64,000 nucleotides of DNA from Thermomonas sp. (GCF_047606765.1 NZ_JASGED010000070.1:2095-66094), one strand, 5' to 3'; shown: positions 20,555 to 31,738, counted from the first letter of the stretch. Notes: a model not told the origin generated them from the letters alone. Translations and numbers: made by a program.

Positions 20555-23350
20555 TCACGGCACAGCTTCCACATCGAAACGCAAACCCTGCGCGCACACT
20601 GCTTCGCGGATCGCGTCACGTGCCGCATCGATGCGCGCATCCGCCGGCACCCGGCGCGGACGCCGATCCAGCGTGCAGCGCAGGCCAGCATCCAGCAACA
20701 CCGCATGCGCGGCCTGCAGCGCGGCATGCGTGGCCTGATCCAGCAAGCCTGCTGCGTGTGCTGCATCCAGCAATGCAGGCGTGGCGCGCGCTGCGCGCAA
20801 CGCCGGATGCGCCGCGCCATCGCGCAGCACAAGGAACTGCAGCAGGAACTCCAGATCGACCAAGCCGCCATCGCCCTGCTTGATGTCGAACAGCGCGGCA
20901 TCGCTGCGGTCCAGCTCCGCACGCATGCGTCGCCGCATCGCCGAGACTTCATCGCACAATGCGTCGGCTGCACGCGGGCGGGCCAGCACATCGTCGCGCA
21001 ATGCCTGAAACGCCTGCAACAGCGACGCATCGCCGGCCACGCCGCGCGCACGCGCCAGCGCCTGATGCTCCCATGTCCATGCACGCTCGCGCTGGTACTC
21101 GGCGAAGCTGGCAAGACTGGACACCAGCAAGCCCTTGGCACCGTCCGGGCGCAGGCGCATGTCCACCTCGAACAAGCGGCCCGCGCCGGTGCGGGTTTCC
21201 AACAGGGCGACCACTTTCTGCCCGAGCCGCGCACTCCAGCGGCTGGCATCCAGCGCGCGCGCGCCGTCCGATACCGCATCCGCTGGCGCATCAAACAGGA
21301 AGACGAGATCGAGGTCGGAACCGAAGCCGAGTTCCTCGCCGCCCAGGCTGCCGTAGCCCAGCACGGCGAAGTGCGCGCCCTTGATGTCACCATGCGCGGC
21401 CTGCATGTCGGCGCGCGCCAGTTGCAGCACGCAGGCGACCACCGCGTCGGCCAGTGCGGCCAGCCGCCGCGCGCAATCCTGCGCGTCGATGCGTTCATCC
21501 AGCAGCGCCAGCGCGATGCGGAAACTCAACGCCTGCCGGACTTCGTTCAATGCATCCAGTGCGGCTTCGGTATCCAGCCCGTTGATCGCCGCCGCGCATT
21601 CGGCCTGCATCGCGGCCTGCCCCGGCAATTCGCCAGCGATGCGCACGTCCAGCAATTCGTCCAGCAGCAGCGGATGCGCGGCCAGCCGTTCGCCCAGCAG
21701 CGCGCTGCGCGCCAGCGCACCCACCAGACGCCCCAGCGCGGCGGGTTGTTCGTCCAGCAGGGCCAGATAGCTGGCACGGCGCAGCACCGTATGCAGCAGC
21801 GGCAGCACGCGCCGCAGCACGGCATCGGGCTGGGCGGAGGCGGACGCCGCCTGCAACAGCGCCGGCAATACCCGGTCAAGCCGGGCACGCGCGGCATCGG
21901 ACAAATCGCGCACGCCGGGCGCACGGGCGAAATCGCGCAGGCTGGCGTGCAGGCCGTCTGCATCCTCGAAGCCCGCAGCCTGCAACGCAGCAGCTTCGCT
22001 GGCATCCGGCAAGCCGCGCCAATAACCCGCGAGGTCACTGTCACCCGTCGTCTGCCTGCTGCGCTGTGCAAGCAATGCGCCGAACTCCTCCGCCACCCGT
22101 TCGCGCTGCGCCTGCACGTCCTGCATCAATGCATCCCAGTCCGCATGCCCCAATCCAACAGCGATGCGTACACGCGCCAGCAATGACTGCGGCAATGCGT
22201 GCGTCTGCGCATCGCCCAGCATCTGCAAACGGTTCTCCAGCCTGCGCAGGAAGCGATACGCCGCCGCCAGCATGTCGCCGGCAGCGGCATCGACATGCCC
22301 GGCATCCACCAGCGCACGCAATGCCGGCAGCAGGCGGCGTTCGCGCAATGCAGGTTCACGCCCACCACGGATGAGTTGCAAAGCCTGCACGAGGAACTCG
22401 ATCTCGCGGATGCCGCCCGGCCCGCGCTTGATGTCGTCGGCCATGTCCTTGCGCGCCACCTCGGCGGCGATCATCGCCTTCATCGCGCGCAGGCCATCCA
22501 GCGCGCCGTAATCCAGATAGCGGCGATAGACGAAGGGACGCAGCGCCTGCAACAGGCGTTCACCGGCTGCGATGTCGCCGGCCACCGGGCGCGCCTTCTG
22601 CCACGCATAGCGCTCCCAGTCGCGGCCCTCGTTCTGGAAGTACTGCTCCATCGCCGTGAACGACAGCGCCACCCGCCCGGCGTTGCCGAACGGGCGCAGG
22701 CGCAGGTCAACGCGATGGCAGAAACCGTCCGCCGTCACTTCGTCCAGCAGCTTTGCCAGTTGCTGGCCCAGCCGCGCGAAGTAGTCCTGCGCCGCCAATG
22801 CGCGCGCGCCGTCGGACTCGCCTTCGTGCTCATAGGCATAGACCAGATCAACGTCCGAACTGAAGTTCAATTCGCCGCCGCCCAGCTTGCCCAGCGCGAA
22901 CACCACCAGCCGCTGCGGCTGTCCATTGGCATCGCGAATCATGCCGTGGCGCTGCGCGAACTCCTCCTCCAGCGCAGACAGCGCACGTTGCAGGCAGGCA
23001 TCGGCCAGCGCGGTGCTGCCGGCGAGGATTTCATCGACCGGCGCGTCCTCGATCACGTCACGCCACACCAGCCGGGTGGATTCCGCCTGCCGGAAGCGCC
23101 GCAGCAGGCGCGGCCAGTCGGCGCGGTTGTCGGCATCCAGCAAAGGCGGCGAAAGCGATGTGGCAGCATCTTCGCGCAGACGCGCCAGCAACTCCGGCTG
23201 CGTCGCCAGCGTGTTGATGGCGAAATCGCTGGCCACCGCCAACCTGCCGAGTGCGTCCTCGCTGCCGTCGATGCCGCAGCCGGCGGCACGCAGCCGCTGC
23301 AGTGCGCGCTCACGGATGCCGGCCAGTGCCTGCGTGCTGTCTTCGTCCAT
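20555..23350 (-). CDS. glnE: Bifunctional glutamine synthetase adenylyltransferase/adenylyl-removing enzyme
   Basis: ORF 20555..23644(-). Start at [11 protein letters not shown] (CAT 23348..23350). Two nucleotidyltransferase repeats ([17 protein letters not shown] and [19 protein letters not shown]). Confidence 0.93.
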   Translation of the reverse strand: MDEDSTQALAGIRERALQRLRAAGCGIDGSEDALGRLAVASDFAINTLATQPELLARLREDAATSLSPPLLDADNRADWPRLLRRFRQAESTRLVWRDVIEDAPVDEILAGSTALADACLQRALSALEEEFAQRHGMIRDANGQPQRLVVFALGKLGGGELNFSSDVDLVYAYEHEGESDGARALAAQDYFARLGQQLAKLLDEVTADGFCHRVDLRLRPFGNAGRVALSFTAMEQYFQNEGRDWERYAWQKARPVAGDIAAGERLLQALRPFVYRRYLDYGALDGLRAMKAMIAAEVARKDMADDIKRGPGGIREIEFLVQALQLIRGGREPALRERRLLPALRALVDAGHVDAAAGDMLAAAYRFLRRLENRLQMLGDAQTHALPQSLLARVRIAVGLGHADWDALMQDVQAQRERVAEEFGALLAQRSRQTTGDSDLAGYWRGLPDASEAAALQAAGFEDADGLHASLRDFARAPGVRDLSDAARARLDRVLPALLQAASASAQPDAVLRRVLPLLHTVLRRASYLALLDEQPAALGRLVGALARSALLGERLAAHPLLLDELLDVRIAGELPGQAAMQAECAAAINGLDTEAALDALNEVRQALSFRIALALLDERIDAQDCARRLAALADAVVACVLQLARADMQAAHGDIKGAHFAVLGYGSLGGEELGFGSDLDLVFLFDAPADAVSDGARALDASRWSARLGQKVVALLETRTGAGRLFEVDMRLRPDGAKGLLVSSLASFAEYQRERAWTWEHQALARARGVAGDASLLQAFQALRDDVLARPRAADALCDEVSAMRRRMRAELDRSDAALFDIKQGDGGLVDLEFLLQFLVLRDGAAHPALRAARATPALLDAAHAAGLLDQATHAALQAAHAVLLDAGLRCTLDRRPRRVPADARIDAARDAIREAVCAQGLRFDVEAVP

Positions 23351-23393
23351 GCGTGGATTGTGGCATCGCAGGGCTGCCGCTATCGTGCCCGCC

Positions 23394-24878
23394 ATGAGCG
23401 AATTGCAGGATCTGGTCGCGCTGATCCGCGCGGAAACCCCATTGCTGGTGATCGAAACCCCGGACGAGGCGCGGGTGGTCGATCTGTTCCGGCAATCCCT
23501 GATGCACGCATGGCGCGCGCTGTACCGCTGGACGGTGACCGAAGGCCTGCGCCGGATGGACATGGATCGCGAGGACGAAAGCCACATCGCGCCCGATCTC
23601 AGCGCCACCTTGCAGGACATCCGCAACGCCAACCAGCGCGGCATCTACCTGCTGCTGGATGCGCATCCCTATCTTGGCTATGCCAGCTACCAGCGCGCGC
23701 TACGCGACCTGATCCAGCGCCGTGGCAGCCAGCCGCATGTGATCGCGCTGATCGGCACCAAGGTGGAATTGCCGGAAGCACTGGAACCCTTCGCCACCCG
23801 TTTCTCGCTGCGCCTGCCGGACGCCAACGCGCTGCTCAAGATGGTGAAGGACGAAGCCCGCGACTACGCCACGCAGAACGGCGGCAGGCGGGTGGAAGCC
23901 AATCCCGATGCCGTGCGCCAGATCGTGCGCAACCTGCACGGACTGACCCTGACCGATGCGCGCCGCATCGCCCGCCACCTGATCTATCGCGACGGCGCAC
24001 TGGATTTCGACGACCTGCCGGAACTGGCACGGCTGAAGTTCGAGCTGCTCAACAAGAGCGGCCATCTGCATTACGAATACGACACCGCGCGCTTCACCGA
24101 TGTCGGTGGTGCCACGCGCCTGAAACGCTGGGTGGAGCAACGCCGCGCGCCGTTGCTGCAGGATCCGCCGCCACCCGGCCTGCCTCCGCCGAAGGGCATG
24201 TTGCTGCTGGGCGTGCAGGGCTGCGGCAAGTCGCTGCTGGCGAAGGCGGTGGCGGGCGGCTTCGGCGTGCCACTGGTGCGGCTGGATTTCGGCACTCTGT
24301 ACGACAAGTACCACGGTGAAACCGAGAAGAACCTGCGCACCGCGCTGGCATCGACCGAACAACTCGCACCCTGCGTGCTGTGGATAGACGAGATAGAGAA
24401 AGGGCTGGCCGCTGGCAGCGGCGAGAGCGATGGCCTGTCACGGCGCGTGCTGGGCTACCTGCTGACGTGGATGGCCGAACGCACATCGCGCGTGTTCCTT
24501 GTCGCCACCGCCAACCAGGTACATGACCTGCCTGCGGAACTGCTGCGCAAGGGCCGCTTCGACGAAATCTTCTTCGTTGATCTGCCAGGCCCGCAAACCC
24601 GCGCCGACATCTTCGCGTTGCATCTGGACAGCCGGAAGCTGCCGCACGAGCACATCGACCTGTCCGCGCTGGCAGCTGCCGCTGATGGTTTCTCCGGTGC
24701 GGAGATCGAACAGGCCATCGTCAGCGCGCTGTATGCCGCGCATTCCGAACAGGCGGGACTGGATACGCAATCGCTGATGCAGGCCATCCGCGACACTCGC
24801 CCACTGTCCGTGCTGATGGCCGAGCAGGTGCAGTCGCTGCGCGAATGGGCGCTGCCGCGCACGGTGCCGGCGGATTGA
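23394..24878 (+). CDS. AAA+ family ATPase, Ycf46-like
   Basis: ATG at 23394 in the frame of ORF 22887..24878. About 230 aa N-terminal domain of unknown function, then Walker A GVQGCGKS, Walker [10 protein letters not shown], second region of homology [23 protein letters not shown]. Confidence 0.85.
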   Translation: MSELQDLVALIRAETPLLVIETPDEARVVDLFRQSLMHAWRALYRWTVTEGLRRMDMDREDESHIAPDLSATLQDIRNANQRGIYLLLDAHPYLGYASYQRALRDLIQRRGSQPHVIALIGTKVELPEALEPFATRFSLRLPDANALLKMVKDEARDYATQNGGRRVEANPDAVRQIVRNLHGLTLTDARRIARHLIYRDGALDFDDLPELARLKFELLNKSGHLHYEYDTARFTDVGGATRLKRWVEQRRAPLLQDPPPPGLPPPKGMLLLGVQGCGKSLLAKAVAGGFGVPLVRLDFGTLYDKYHGETEKNLRTALASTEQLAPCVLWIDEIEKGLAAGSGESDGLSRRVLGYLLTWMAERTSRVFLVATANQVHDLPAELLRKGRFDEIFFVDLPGPQTRADIFALHLDSRKLPHEHIDLSALAAAADGFSGAEIEQAIVSALYAAHSEQAGLDTQSLMQAIRDTRPLSVLMAEQVQSLREWALPRTVPAD

Positions 24879-24901
24879 GGCAGGCCCGCCAAGCGACGGG
24901 C

Positions 24902-24938
24902 GTAAAAAAGCCCGCTCAGACTTGAAGTCTCAGCGGGC
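24902..24938 (-). terminator. Rho-independent terminator (minus-strand oriented, possibly bidirectional)
   Basis: 12-bp stem GCCCGCTCAGACT/AGTCTCAGCGGGC with one mismatch (24910..24938). On the minus strand it is followed by TTTTTTA (complement of 24902..24909). About 100 nt downstream of the 25040 stop. Confidence 0.6.
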
Positions 24939-25039
24939 CTGCTCCCTCCCCCACGTCGGGACGCGGGGCAATCGTGAAGGAAGCGTTAGTGCCTTTGCAC
25001 GCTGCAGCGCAAAAATGCACTCGATGGTTCATAAATGAA

Positions 25040-26659
25040 TCAGTCGGGGCGCGGTTTCCTGCCCAGATCACGCAGGATTTCGCGCGCCGCATTGCGCCCC
25101 GGCAAGCCAGTGACGCCGCCACCGGGATGGCTGCCGGAGCCGCACAGGTACAGGCCCTTGAACGCGCCACGATAGTTGCCCTGCCCCAGCAGCGGGCGGG
25201 CGCTGAACATCTGATCCAGGCCCAGCGCGCCGTGGAAGATGTCGCCACCGACCAGGCCGATACGGCGTTCCAGATCAAGCGGGCTCAATGCCTCGTAAGC
25301 CAGCACGCTGCGCGCGAAGTTCGGCGCGTATTCGTTGACGGTATCGATCATCAGCTTCGCCACGGTGTCACGGTGCGCATCCCAGCCGCCGTCAACCTCG
25401 GGATTCACCTGCTGGCAGAACAGGCTGGCGACATGCTGGCCTTGCGGCGAAAGCGTGTCGTCCAGCGTCGAGGAAATTACGACTTCGACAATCGGCTTGC
25501 GCGCCCAGCCGGCGCTGTGCGCCTTCGACTTCGCATCGAAATACGCCTGCTCGAAATACTTGAGCGACGGCCCGATCAGGATGCCGCTCTGGTGATGCGG
25601 TTGCAGATGCGTGCCCGGCATCGCGATGAAATCCGGCAACTCACTCAGCGCCACGTTCATGCGGAACGTGCCGGAGCCGCAGCGATAGCGGCTGATGCGC
25701 TGCGCGGTGTCATCGTCGAGCTGCCCCGGTTCCACCAGTTTGGTATAGAGCAGCTTCGGATTGAGGTTGCTGGCAATCGTCGATGCGCGCAGTTCGCGGC
25801 CATCGGCCAACACCACACCTACGGCGTTTTCGTTTTCGATGATGAGCCGCGCGACTTCCGCATCCGTTTCGATGGCGACGCCGCGCGCTTCGCACTCCTT
25901 GCGCATCGCCTGCGTGATCGCGCCCATCCCGCCGATGGCATGACCCCATGCGCCGACCTTGCCATTCACCTCGCCAAACAGATGGTGCAGCAGCACGTAG
26001 GCGCTGCCCGGCGTGTAGGGGCTGGCGAAATTGCCGACCACCGAATCCCAACCCAGCACCGCCTTCAGCGGTTCGCCCTCGAACCAACTATCCAGCAACT
26101 CGCCAGCGGACTTGGTGAACAGGTCGAGCAGATCGCGGCGAGCGCGCATGTCCAGCGACTTCAATTGCTTCGCGGCGGATGCCGATGCAATCCAGTCGGC
26201 CAGCACGAAGCGATCACTCACGTTCGGCGGCGTGCGCCGCATCAGCTCACGCAGCACGACGACGATGCGGTCGAGCATCGCGTAATACGCCGGCAGCCGC
26301 TGCGCATCGCGCGCCGACCACTTCGCCACTTCCGAATGCGTGTGCTCGCCGCCGAGCCGGAAGCAGCGCCCATCCGGCAGCGGCAGGAAATTGGCGTAGG
26401 GCCGCTCGACCACACGCAGCCCGTGCTGATGCAGGCGCAGGTCGTGGATCACCGCCGGGTTGAGCAGGCTGACCGTGTAGCTGGCAACGGAATTGCGAAA
26501 GCCGGGATGGAACTCTTCGGTCACCGCCGCACCGCCAACGATATGGCGACGCTCCAGCACCCGCACCTTCAGCCCGGCACCAGCCAGGTAAGCCGCGCAC
26601 ACGAGGCCGTTGTGGCCTCCACCGATGATGAGGACGTCGTCGTGCTGATGAGCATGCAT
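25040..26659 (-). CDS. FAD-dependent oxidoreductase, phytoene desaturase (CrtI)-related family
   Basis: ORF 25040..26686(-), whose 26686 start is GTG. ATG at 26659 (MHAHQHDDVLIIGGGHNGLVCAAYLAGAGLKVRVLERR), a Rossmann GxGxxG dinucleotide fold. Length about 540 aa, typical of COG1233 proteins. Confidence 0.85.
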   Translation of the reverse strand: MHAHQHDDVLIIGGGHNGLVCAAYLAGAGLKVRVLERRHIVGGAAVTEEFHPGFRNSVASYTVSLLNPAVIHDLRLHQHGLRVVERPYANFLPLPDGRCFRLGGEHTHSEVAKWSARDAQRLPAYYAMLDRIVVVLRELMRRTPPNVSDRFVLADWIASASAAKQLKSLDMRARRDLLDLFTKSAGELLDSWFEGEPLKAVLGWDSVVGNFASPYTPGSAYVLLHHLFGEVNGKVGAWGHAIGGMGAITQAMRKECEARGVAIETDAEVARLIIENENAVGVVLADGRELRASTIASNLNPKLLYTKLVEPGQLDDDTAQRISRYRCGSGTFRMNVALSELPDFIAMPGTHLQPHHQSGILIGPSLKYFEQAYFDAKSKAHSAGWARKPIVEVVISSTLDDTLSPQGQHVASLFCQQVNPEVDGGWDAHRDTVAKLMIDTVNEYAPNFARSVLAYEALSPLDLERRIGLVGGDIFHGALGLDQMFSARPLLGQGNYRGAFKGLYLCGSGSHPGGGVTGLPGRNAAREILRDLGRKPRPD

Positions 26660-26782
26660 AGAGTTTCTACCAACCTGATTTTCCACAAACTTCCGGGTGA
26701 AGCCGGAGCCTTAAATCGGGTCAGCGGGCAAGCAAGCCACCGTGCCGCGAAGCAAGTGAAACCGCCGCACCATTGCCGCCCA

Positions 26783-27754
26783 TCAGATGTCCTGGTAGTT
26801 GCCCAGCGCGAGTTGCAGATGCGCGCGTGCCTGCTCGCGCAGCGATTTCGGCTCCATGATTTCGGCATCCGCACCGTAGTGCAGCACGTCCATCAGCAGT
26901 TCGCGCGGCACCGAATACGGCAGCTTCAATTCATAGCGACCATCGGGCAGGAAACGCCCTTGCTGCTGCGAATGCCAATGTTCGTCGGCCACCCAGCGCG
27001 CGGCCTTGGCGCTGAACAGGATCGTTGCCCAACCCTTGGGCGCGCCGGAAAAGATGCCGTAGCTGCCGGCGAGATGCGCGTTCAATTCGTCTTCGGCCAC
27101 GTCGCGCGCCTTGCCGTCGGCAAAACGTGCGCCGCTGATGCGGTCGATGGAGAAGCTGCGCAAACCCTGCTTGTCCTCGTCCCACGCATCCAGGTACCAA
27201 TTGTCGCGATAGTGCGTGAGCCGCTGCGGCGAAACCGTCCGCCGGGTCTTTTCATCGGTGGAACGCGCGCGATAGTCGAAGGCCAGCTTGCGCCGCTCCA
27301 GCACGCTGGACGCGACGATGCGGAAGGCGTGTTCGTCCATCCTGCGGATGCGATGCGGAATGACGCGCACCCGCTCCACCGGCCATCTCTTGCCGCCGGA
27401 ATGCGCGTCCAGCAGCTTTTCGACGCGCTGCTGCAACGGTGCCAGCGCCGAGGACAACATGCCGCCACTGCTGCGCGCCAGCAGTTGCTGCGCGGCGAGC
27501 AGTGCGTGCAATTCCTCGGAGTTCAGCCACAGGCCGGGCAGTTCGAAACGCTCGGCCTCGGTCTTGTCGTAACTGAAACCGGTTTCGCCATCGCCGGTCA
27601 CCGGTGCCATCAGGCCATCGCGCAGGAAGGCGATGTCGCGATAGACGGTGGCGCGCGAGCAACCCAGTTCCTCCTGCAACCTGGCCACGGTGACGGGGCG
27701 GCGCGCGGCCTGCAATTTGTTGTGCAGGGCGATGATGCGTTCGTAGCGATCCAT
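26783..27754 (-). CDS. HTH + WYL domain transcriptional regulator (YafY-like)
   Basis: 323 aa. N-terminal wHTH RPVTVARLQEELGCSRATVYRDIAFLRD. The central region YRDNWYLDAWDEDKQGLRSFSIDRI is the WYL-domain signature. Confidence 0.85.
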   Translation of the reverse strand: MDRYERIIALHNKLQAARRPVTVARLQEELGCSRATVYRDIAFLRDGLMAPVTGDGETGFSYDKTEAERFELPGLWLNSEELHALLAAQQLLARSSGGMLSSALAPLQQRVEKLLDAHSGGKRWPVERVRVIPHRIRRMDEHAFRIVASSVLERRKLAFDYRARSTDEKTRRTVSPQRLTHYRDNWYLDAWDEDKQGLRSFSIDRISGARFADGKARDVAEDELNAHLAGSYGIFSGAPKGWATILFSAKAARWVADEHWHSQQQGRFLPDGRYELKLPYSVPRELLMDVLHYGADAEIMEPKSLREQARAHLQLALGNYQDI

Positions 27755-27802
27755 GCCGGCGATTATGCCGCCGAATGCGCCGTCAGGATGCCCCAGCCTG
27801 CG

Positions 27803-28714
27803 TTACGCGCACTGGTCGATCAGCGCGCGCGCACCCTGCGCCAGCAACTGCTTGGCCACGTCCACGCCCAGCGCATCCGGCGCGTCGCCCTCGCCCTGCG
27901 CACGCACCACGCGGCCATCGGCGGCAGAGCCCACAAGACCGGCCAGCCGCAACCGTTCGCCATCGCGCTGCGCCAGCGCCGCCACCGGCACATGGCAACT
28001 GCCGTGCAGGGCGCGGTTCATCGCCCGCTCTGCCGAAACGCAGGCACGGGTATCGGCATCATCCAGCGCTGCACACAGCGCCTGCACATGCGGATCATCA
28101 CTGCGGCATTCGATGGCAATGGCCCCCTGCGCAGGCGCGGGCAGCCACGCGGGCGCGTCCAGCCGCGCGCGGATGCGTGCATCGAAACCAAGCCGCTGCA
28201 AACCGGCGCAGGCCAGCACGATGGCGTCATAGTCACCGGCGTCCAGCTTCGCCAGCCGCGTGTTGACGTTGCCGCGCAGGTCGAGCAGTTGCAGGTCGGG
28301 ACACAACGCACGTAACTGCGCCTGCCTGCGCAGCGAGGATGTGCCCACGCGCGCGCCCTGTGGCAGCGCGTCGATGTTGTCGAAGCGATTGCTGACGAAG
28401 GCGTCGGCATGATCGGCGCGGGTCAGGATCGCCGGCAGCGCGAAGCCCGGCTCCAGTTCCATCGGCACGTCCTTCAGCGAATGCACGGCGCAATCGGCTT
28501 CACCGCGCTGCATCGCGATTTCCAGTTCCTTGAGGAACAGGCCCTTGCCGCCGATGGCCGCCAGCGAGCGATCCAGTATTTCATCGCCGCGCGTGCTCAG
28601 CGGCACCAGCTCAACCACGAGACCGGGATGCGCGACGCGCAGGCGGTCGGCGACGTGCTCGGTCTGCCACAGGGCGAGCGGGCTTTTGCGGGTGGCGATG
28701 CGCAGGATGGTCAT
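27803..28714 (-). CDS. hemC: Hydroxymethylbilane synthase (porphobilinogen deaminase)
   Basis: ORF 27803..28780(-). Start [17 protein letters not shown] (CAT 28712..28714). Also ...[10 protein letters not shown]...GAIAIE... and the C-terminal cofactor-binding Cys region GSCHVPVAA. Confidence 0.95.
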   Translation of the reverse strand: MTILRIATRKSPLALWQTEHVADRLRVAHPGLVVELVPLSTRGDEILDRSLAAIGGKGLFLKELEIAMQRGEADCAVHSLKDVPMELEPGFALPAILTRADHADAFVSNRFDNIDALPQGARVGTSSLRRQAQLRALCPDLQLLDLRGNVNTRLAKLDAGDYDAIVLACAGLQRLGFDARIRARLDAPAWLPAPAQGAIAIECRSDDPHVQALCAALDDADTRACVSAERAMNRALHGSCHVPVAALAQRDGERLRLAGLVGSAADGRVVRAQGEGDAPDALGVDVAKQLLAQGARALIDQCA

Positions 28715-28775
28715 GTGGGCATTATCGCCCGCCGTCGCGGAAGTGGGGTGTGGCATCACGGATGGCCTGACGAAC

Positions 28776-28852
28776 GTCATCCCGGCGAAAGCCGGGATCC
28801 AGCTCTTGAATGCAAACTAAAAAATCTGGATTCCGGCTTTCGCCGGAATGAC
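28776..28852. repeat. REP family 1 element, copy d
   Basis: Arms GTCATCCCGGCGAAAGCCGGGATCCAG (28776..28802) and CTGGATTCCGGCTTTCGCCGGAATGAC (28826..28852). Short AT-rich spacer of about 23 bp. Lies between the response regulator and hemC. Confidence 0.9.
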
Positions 28853-28907
28853 GGAGAAACGCAACACCAGACAAACTCGCCCCTCGGGCACTCCATCCGC
28901 GCCGCAA

Positions 28908-29642
28908 TCAGAGATGCCGCAAGGTGTCCCGCAACTGCGCCAGACAGCGCCGGCTGATTTCCAGCGGTTGCCCGCCATTGCGCAGCACGGCCTGCGTGTG
29001 GCCATCGGCGGTGCGACGCAGTTCGACGATCTCGCCGCGCGCCACCAGGCAATTGCGATGGATGCGCACGAAGCGTTCGGCGAATTCGGCTTCCAGCGAC
29101 TTCAGCGATTCCTCGATCAAGTCCTCGCCGCGGGCATGATGGACGACCACGTATTTCTCTTCCGCCTGCAGATAGCGGATGTCGTCGATGGGGATCAGCC
29201 GCAGGCTGCCGCGCAGGCGCGCACACAGATGCGTGCGCTGCTGCCCTGCCTGTTCATCGCGCGTGGCATGCAGCCCGCGACCGGCGGCGAACGTGCGCAC
29301 CCGCGCCAGCGCGGCGGACAGGCGCTCGGGCCGCACCGGCTTGACCAGATAGTCGATGGCATCGGCTTCGAACGCGGACAGCGCATGCTGGTCGTACGCA
29401 GTGCAGAACACCACCGCAGGGCGTGGATCAAACTCGCGCAGGTGGCGCGCGGCTTCCATGCCGTCGATACCCGGCATCGAAATATCCAGCAACACCATGT
29501 CGGGATGATGCTCGGCACAGGCATGCAGCGCGGCGTGGCCGTCGCCGGCCTCGGCCACCACTTCCACGCCCGGCTGTGCGGCCAGCAGCGCGCGCAGGCG
29601 CTCGCGCGCCAGTGGCTCGTCATCGGCGATGACCACTTTCAT
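28908..29642 (-). CDS. LytTR-family response regulator (AlgR-like)
   Basis: 244 aa. Receiver MKVVIADDEPLARERL...DMVLLDISMPGIDG, then a C-terminal LytTR DNA-binding domain (YLQAEEKYVVVHH...FVRIHRNCLVA). Confidence 0.9.
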   Translation of the reverse strand: MKVVIADDEPLARERLRALLAAQPGVEVVAEAGDGHAALHACAEHHPDMVLLDISMPGIDGMEAARHLREFDPRPAVVFCTAYDQHALSAFEADAIDYLVKPVRPERLSAALARVRTFAAGRGLHATRDEQAGQQRTHLCARLRGSLRLIPIDDIRYLQAEEKYVVVHHARGEDLIEESLKSLEAEFAERFVRIHRNCLVARGEIVELRRTADGHTQAVLRNGGQPLEISRRCLAQLRDTLRHL

Positions 29643-29687
29643 CGCAACCCCCGCCGTGTCCCGGTTGCCGGCATCGTCGCGCAGGTT

Positions 29688-30371
29688 TCAGCCGGCTGCA
29701 AACCGCGCCGCCATCCAGTCGCCGAGATTGTGGATTTCCTCGGGGCAGACCGCGTGCTGCATCGGGTAGCGCCGCCACTGCACATCGAAGCCCAGTTCGC
29801 GCATCGCCTTCGCACTGGCCTCGCCCGCTGCCGCCGGCACCACCGGGTCGAACACACCGTGCGCCATGAACATCGGCTGCGCATTTGCACCCGGTTGCAA
29901 CGCGGCGCGCGCTTGCTCGATGCCCATCGGCAGATAGGTCGAAAGCGCCATCAACCCGGCCAACGGCGTCTTGCGGGCAATGCCGGCAGCCAGCGTGATT
30001 GCGCCGCCCTGCGAGAAACCGGCCAGCAGCAAACGTTCCGGTGGAATACCGCGCTCGCCCTCGCGCGCGATCAGCGCTTCCACCTGCGCCACCGACTCCG
30101 CCACGCCTGCATGATCGGCGCGGTTGGCATCGCCAAAATCGAAGGACGTGATGTCGTACCACGCCCGCATGCGCGCGCCACCGTTGATCGTCACCGCACG
30201 CACCGGCGCGTGCGGAAACACGAAGCGCAGCGCCGGCCAGTCCTTGCGCACCAGCTCCGGCACGATGGGCGCGAAGTCGTTGCCGTCCGCGCCCAGCCCA
30301 TGCAGCCACAGCACGGCCCAGCCGGGGTTCGGCCCGGTTTCGTGTTCGACGGTTTCCAGCAGTTCGGCCAT
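29688..30371 (-). CDS. Alpha/beta hydrolase, phospholipase/carboxylesterase family
   Basis: 227 aa. VLWLHGLGADGNDF, nucleophile elbow GFSQGG, C-terminal HG...D and H residues as in carboxylesterase II-type enzymes. Confidence 0.85.
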   Translation of the reverse strand: MAELLETVEHETGPNPGWAVLWLHGLGADGNDFAPIVPELVRKDWPALRFVFPHAPVRAVTINGGARMRAWYDITSFDFGDANRADHAGVAESVAQVEALIAREGERGIPPERLLLAGFSQGGAITLAAGIARKTPLAGLMALSTYLPMGIEQARAALQPGANAQPMFMAHGVFDPVVPAAAGEASAKAMRELGFDVQWRRYPMQHAVCPEEIHNLGDWMAARFAAG

Positions 30372-30448
30372 GAGTTTCCCGTTTCGATGCGTGTTCCCTG
30401 CGCCAGTCTATCCCGACACCCGCCGCGCGTTCGGGCATCATCACCCGC

Positions 30449-31738
30449 ATGACGGCAACACTCCCGGACAATGTGCAGGTCTATCTGGTCGGCGGCGCGG
30501 TGCGCGATGCGCTGCTCGGCCTGCCTGCGGGCGACCGCGACTACGTTGTCGTTGGCGCAACGACGCAACAGATGCTGGATGCCGGCTACAAGCAAGTGGG
30601 CCGTGACTTCCCGGTATTCCTGCACCCGCTCACGGGCGAGGAACACGCGCTGGCGCGTACCGAGCGCAAGTCCGGGCGTGGCTATACCGGCTTCGTGGTG
30701 CATGCAGACCCGTCGGTGACGCTGGAGGACGACCTGCGCCGCCGCGACTTCACCATCAATGCGATTGCACAGGCGGCGGACGGCACGCTGGCCGATCCGT
30801 TTGGCGGTGCGCGTGATCTTGAAGCGCGCGTGCTGCGCCACGTCGGCGACGCCTTCGTGGAAGATCCGCTGCGGGTGCTGCGCGCGGCGCGCTTCATGGC
30901 CCGCTTTGCCTACTTCGGCTTCACCGTTGCACCGGAAACGCTGGCACTGATGCGCGGCATGGCGCAAAGCGGCGAGCTGGCCGAGCTGGTGCCGGAGCGG
31001 GTCTGGCAGGAATTGGCGAAGGCACTGCGCAGCGCCACGCCATCGGCCTTCCTGCGCACCCTGCGTGAGGCCGATGCCCTGCGCGCGGTGCTGCCGGAAG
31101 TCGATGCGCTGTACGGCGTGCCGCAGCGCGCGGAGTTCCACCCCGAGGTCGATACCGGCATCCACTGCGAACTGGTTTGCGACATGGCGGCGAGGCTGGC
31201 ACCGGGCGATGACCTGATCGGTTACGCCGCGCTCTGCCATGATCTTGGCAAGGCGCTCACGCCCATCGATGTGCTGCCACGCCACCTGATGCACGAGCAG
31301 CTCGGCGTTGCGCCCGTCATCGCAATGAGCGAGCGCTTGAAGGTGCCGTCGGAACACCGCGAACTTGCGGTGCTGTGCTGCCGCGAGCATCTCAACGTGC
31401 ATCGCATCGACGAACTGAAAGCCGCAACCGTTCACGACCTGATCGCCCGCTGCGACGGCTTCCGCAAACCGCAGCGCATCGGCCAGCTAGCAACCGTGTG
31501 CGAAGCCGACAAGCGCGGCCGCGCCGGCATGGCCGATACCGACTACCCGCAGGGCGACACCGTGCGCCGCCTGCATGCAGCGGCAATGGCAGTGCGCAGT
31601 GATGCCATCGCCGCGCAGGGCATCACCGGCCCGGCGTTTGGCGAGGCCTTGCGCAAGGCGAGGATTGCTGCGATTTCAGAGGCGGCGCGTGGAGCAAGCT
31701 CCACGCCTACGAATGACGCGAGTCCCAATGCCCTATAG
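30449..31738 (+). CDS. cca: Multifunctional CCA-adding tRNA nucleotidyltransferase / phosphohydrolase
   Basis: 429 aa. [33 protein letters not shown], and an HD domain (LCHDLGK). The last roughly 17 codons run into a REP family 2 copy. Confidence 0.93.
   Translation: MTATLPDNVQVYLVGGAVRDALLGLPAGDRDYVVVGATTQQMLDAGYKQVGRDFPVFLHPLTGEEHALARTERKSGRGYTGFVVHADPSVTLEDDLRRRDFTINAIAQAADGTLADPFGGARDLEARVLRHVGDAFVEDPLRVLRAARFMARFAYFGFTVAPETLALMRGMAQSGELAELVPERVWQELAKALRSATPSAFLRTLREADALRAVLPEVDALYGVPQRAEFHPEVDTGIHCELVCDMAARLAPGDDLIGYAALCHDLGKALTPIDVLPRHLMHEQLGVAPVIAMSERLKVPSEHRELAVLCCREHLNVHRIDELKAATVHDLIARCDGFRKPQRIGQLATVCEADKRGRAGMADTDYPQGDTVRRLHAAAMAVRSDAIAAQGITGPAFGEALRKARIAAISEAARGASSTPTNDASPNAL

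Noticed and set aside
20705-24319. The plus-strand ORFs 20705..22186 and 22199..24319 (493 and 706 aa)
   Set aside because: They are antisense to glnE, and partly out of frame with the AAA+ gene. They lack motifs and are GC read-through.
24939-25039. A lower-GC 100-nt stretch between the terminator and the oxidoreductase stop, considered as a possible small RNA or tRNA
   Set aside because: I could fold no cloverleaf and found no conserved sRNA motif I recognise. It is most simply the 3' UTR of the minus-strand gene.
24974-28315. 1113-aa ORF on the plus strand
   Set aside because: It runs antisense across three independent, well-supported minus-strand genes (FAD oxidoreductase, WYL regulator, hemC). 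A real protein would not be expected to span them, and it has no motifs.
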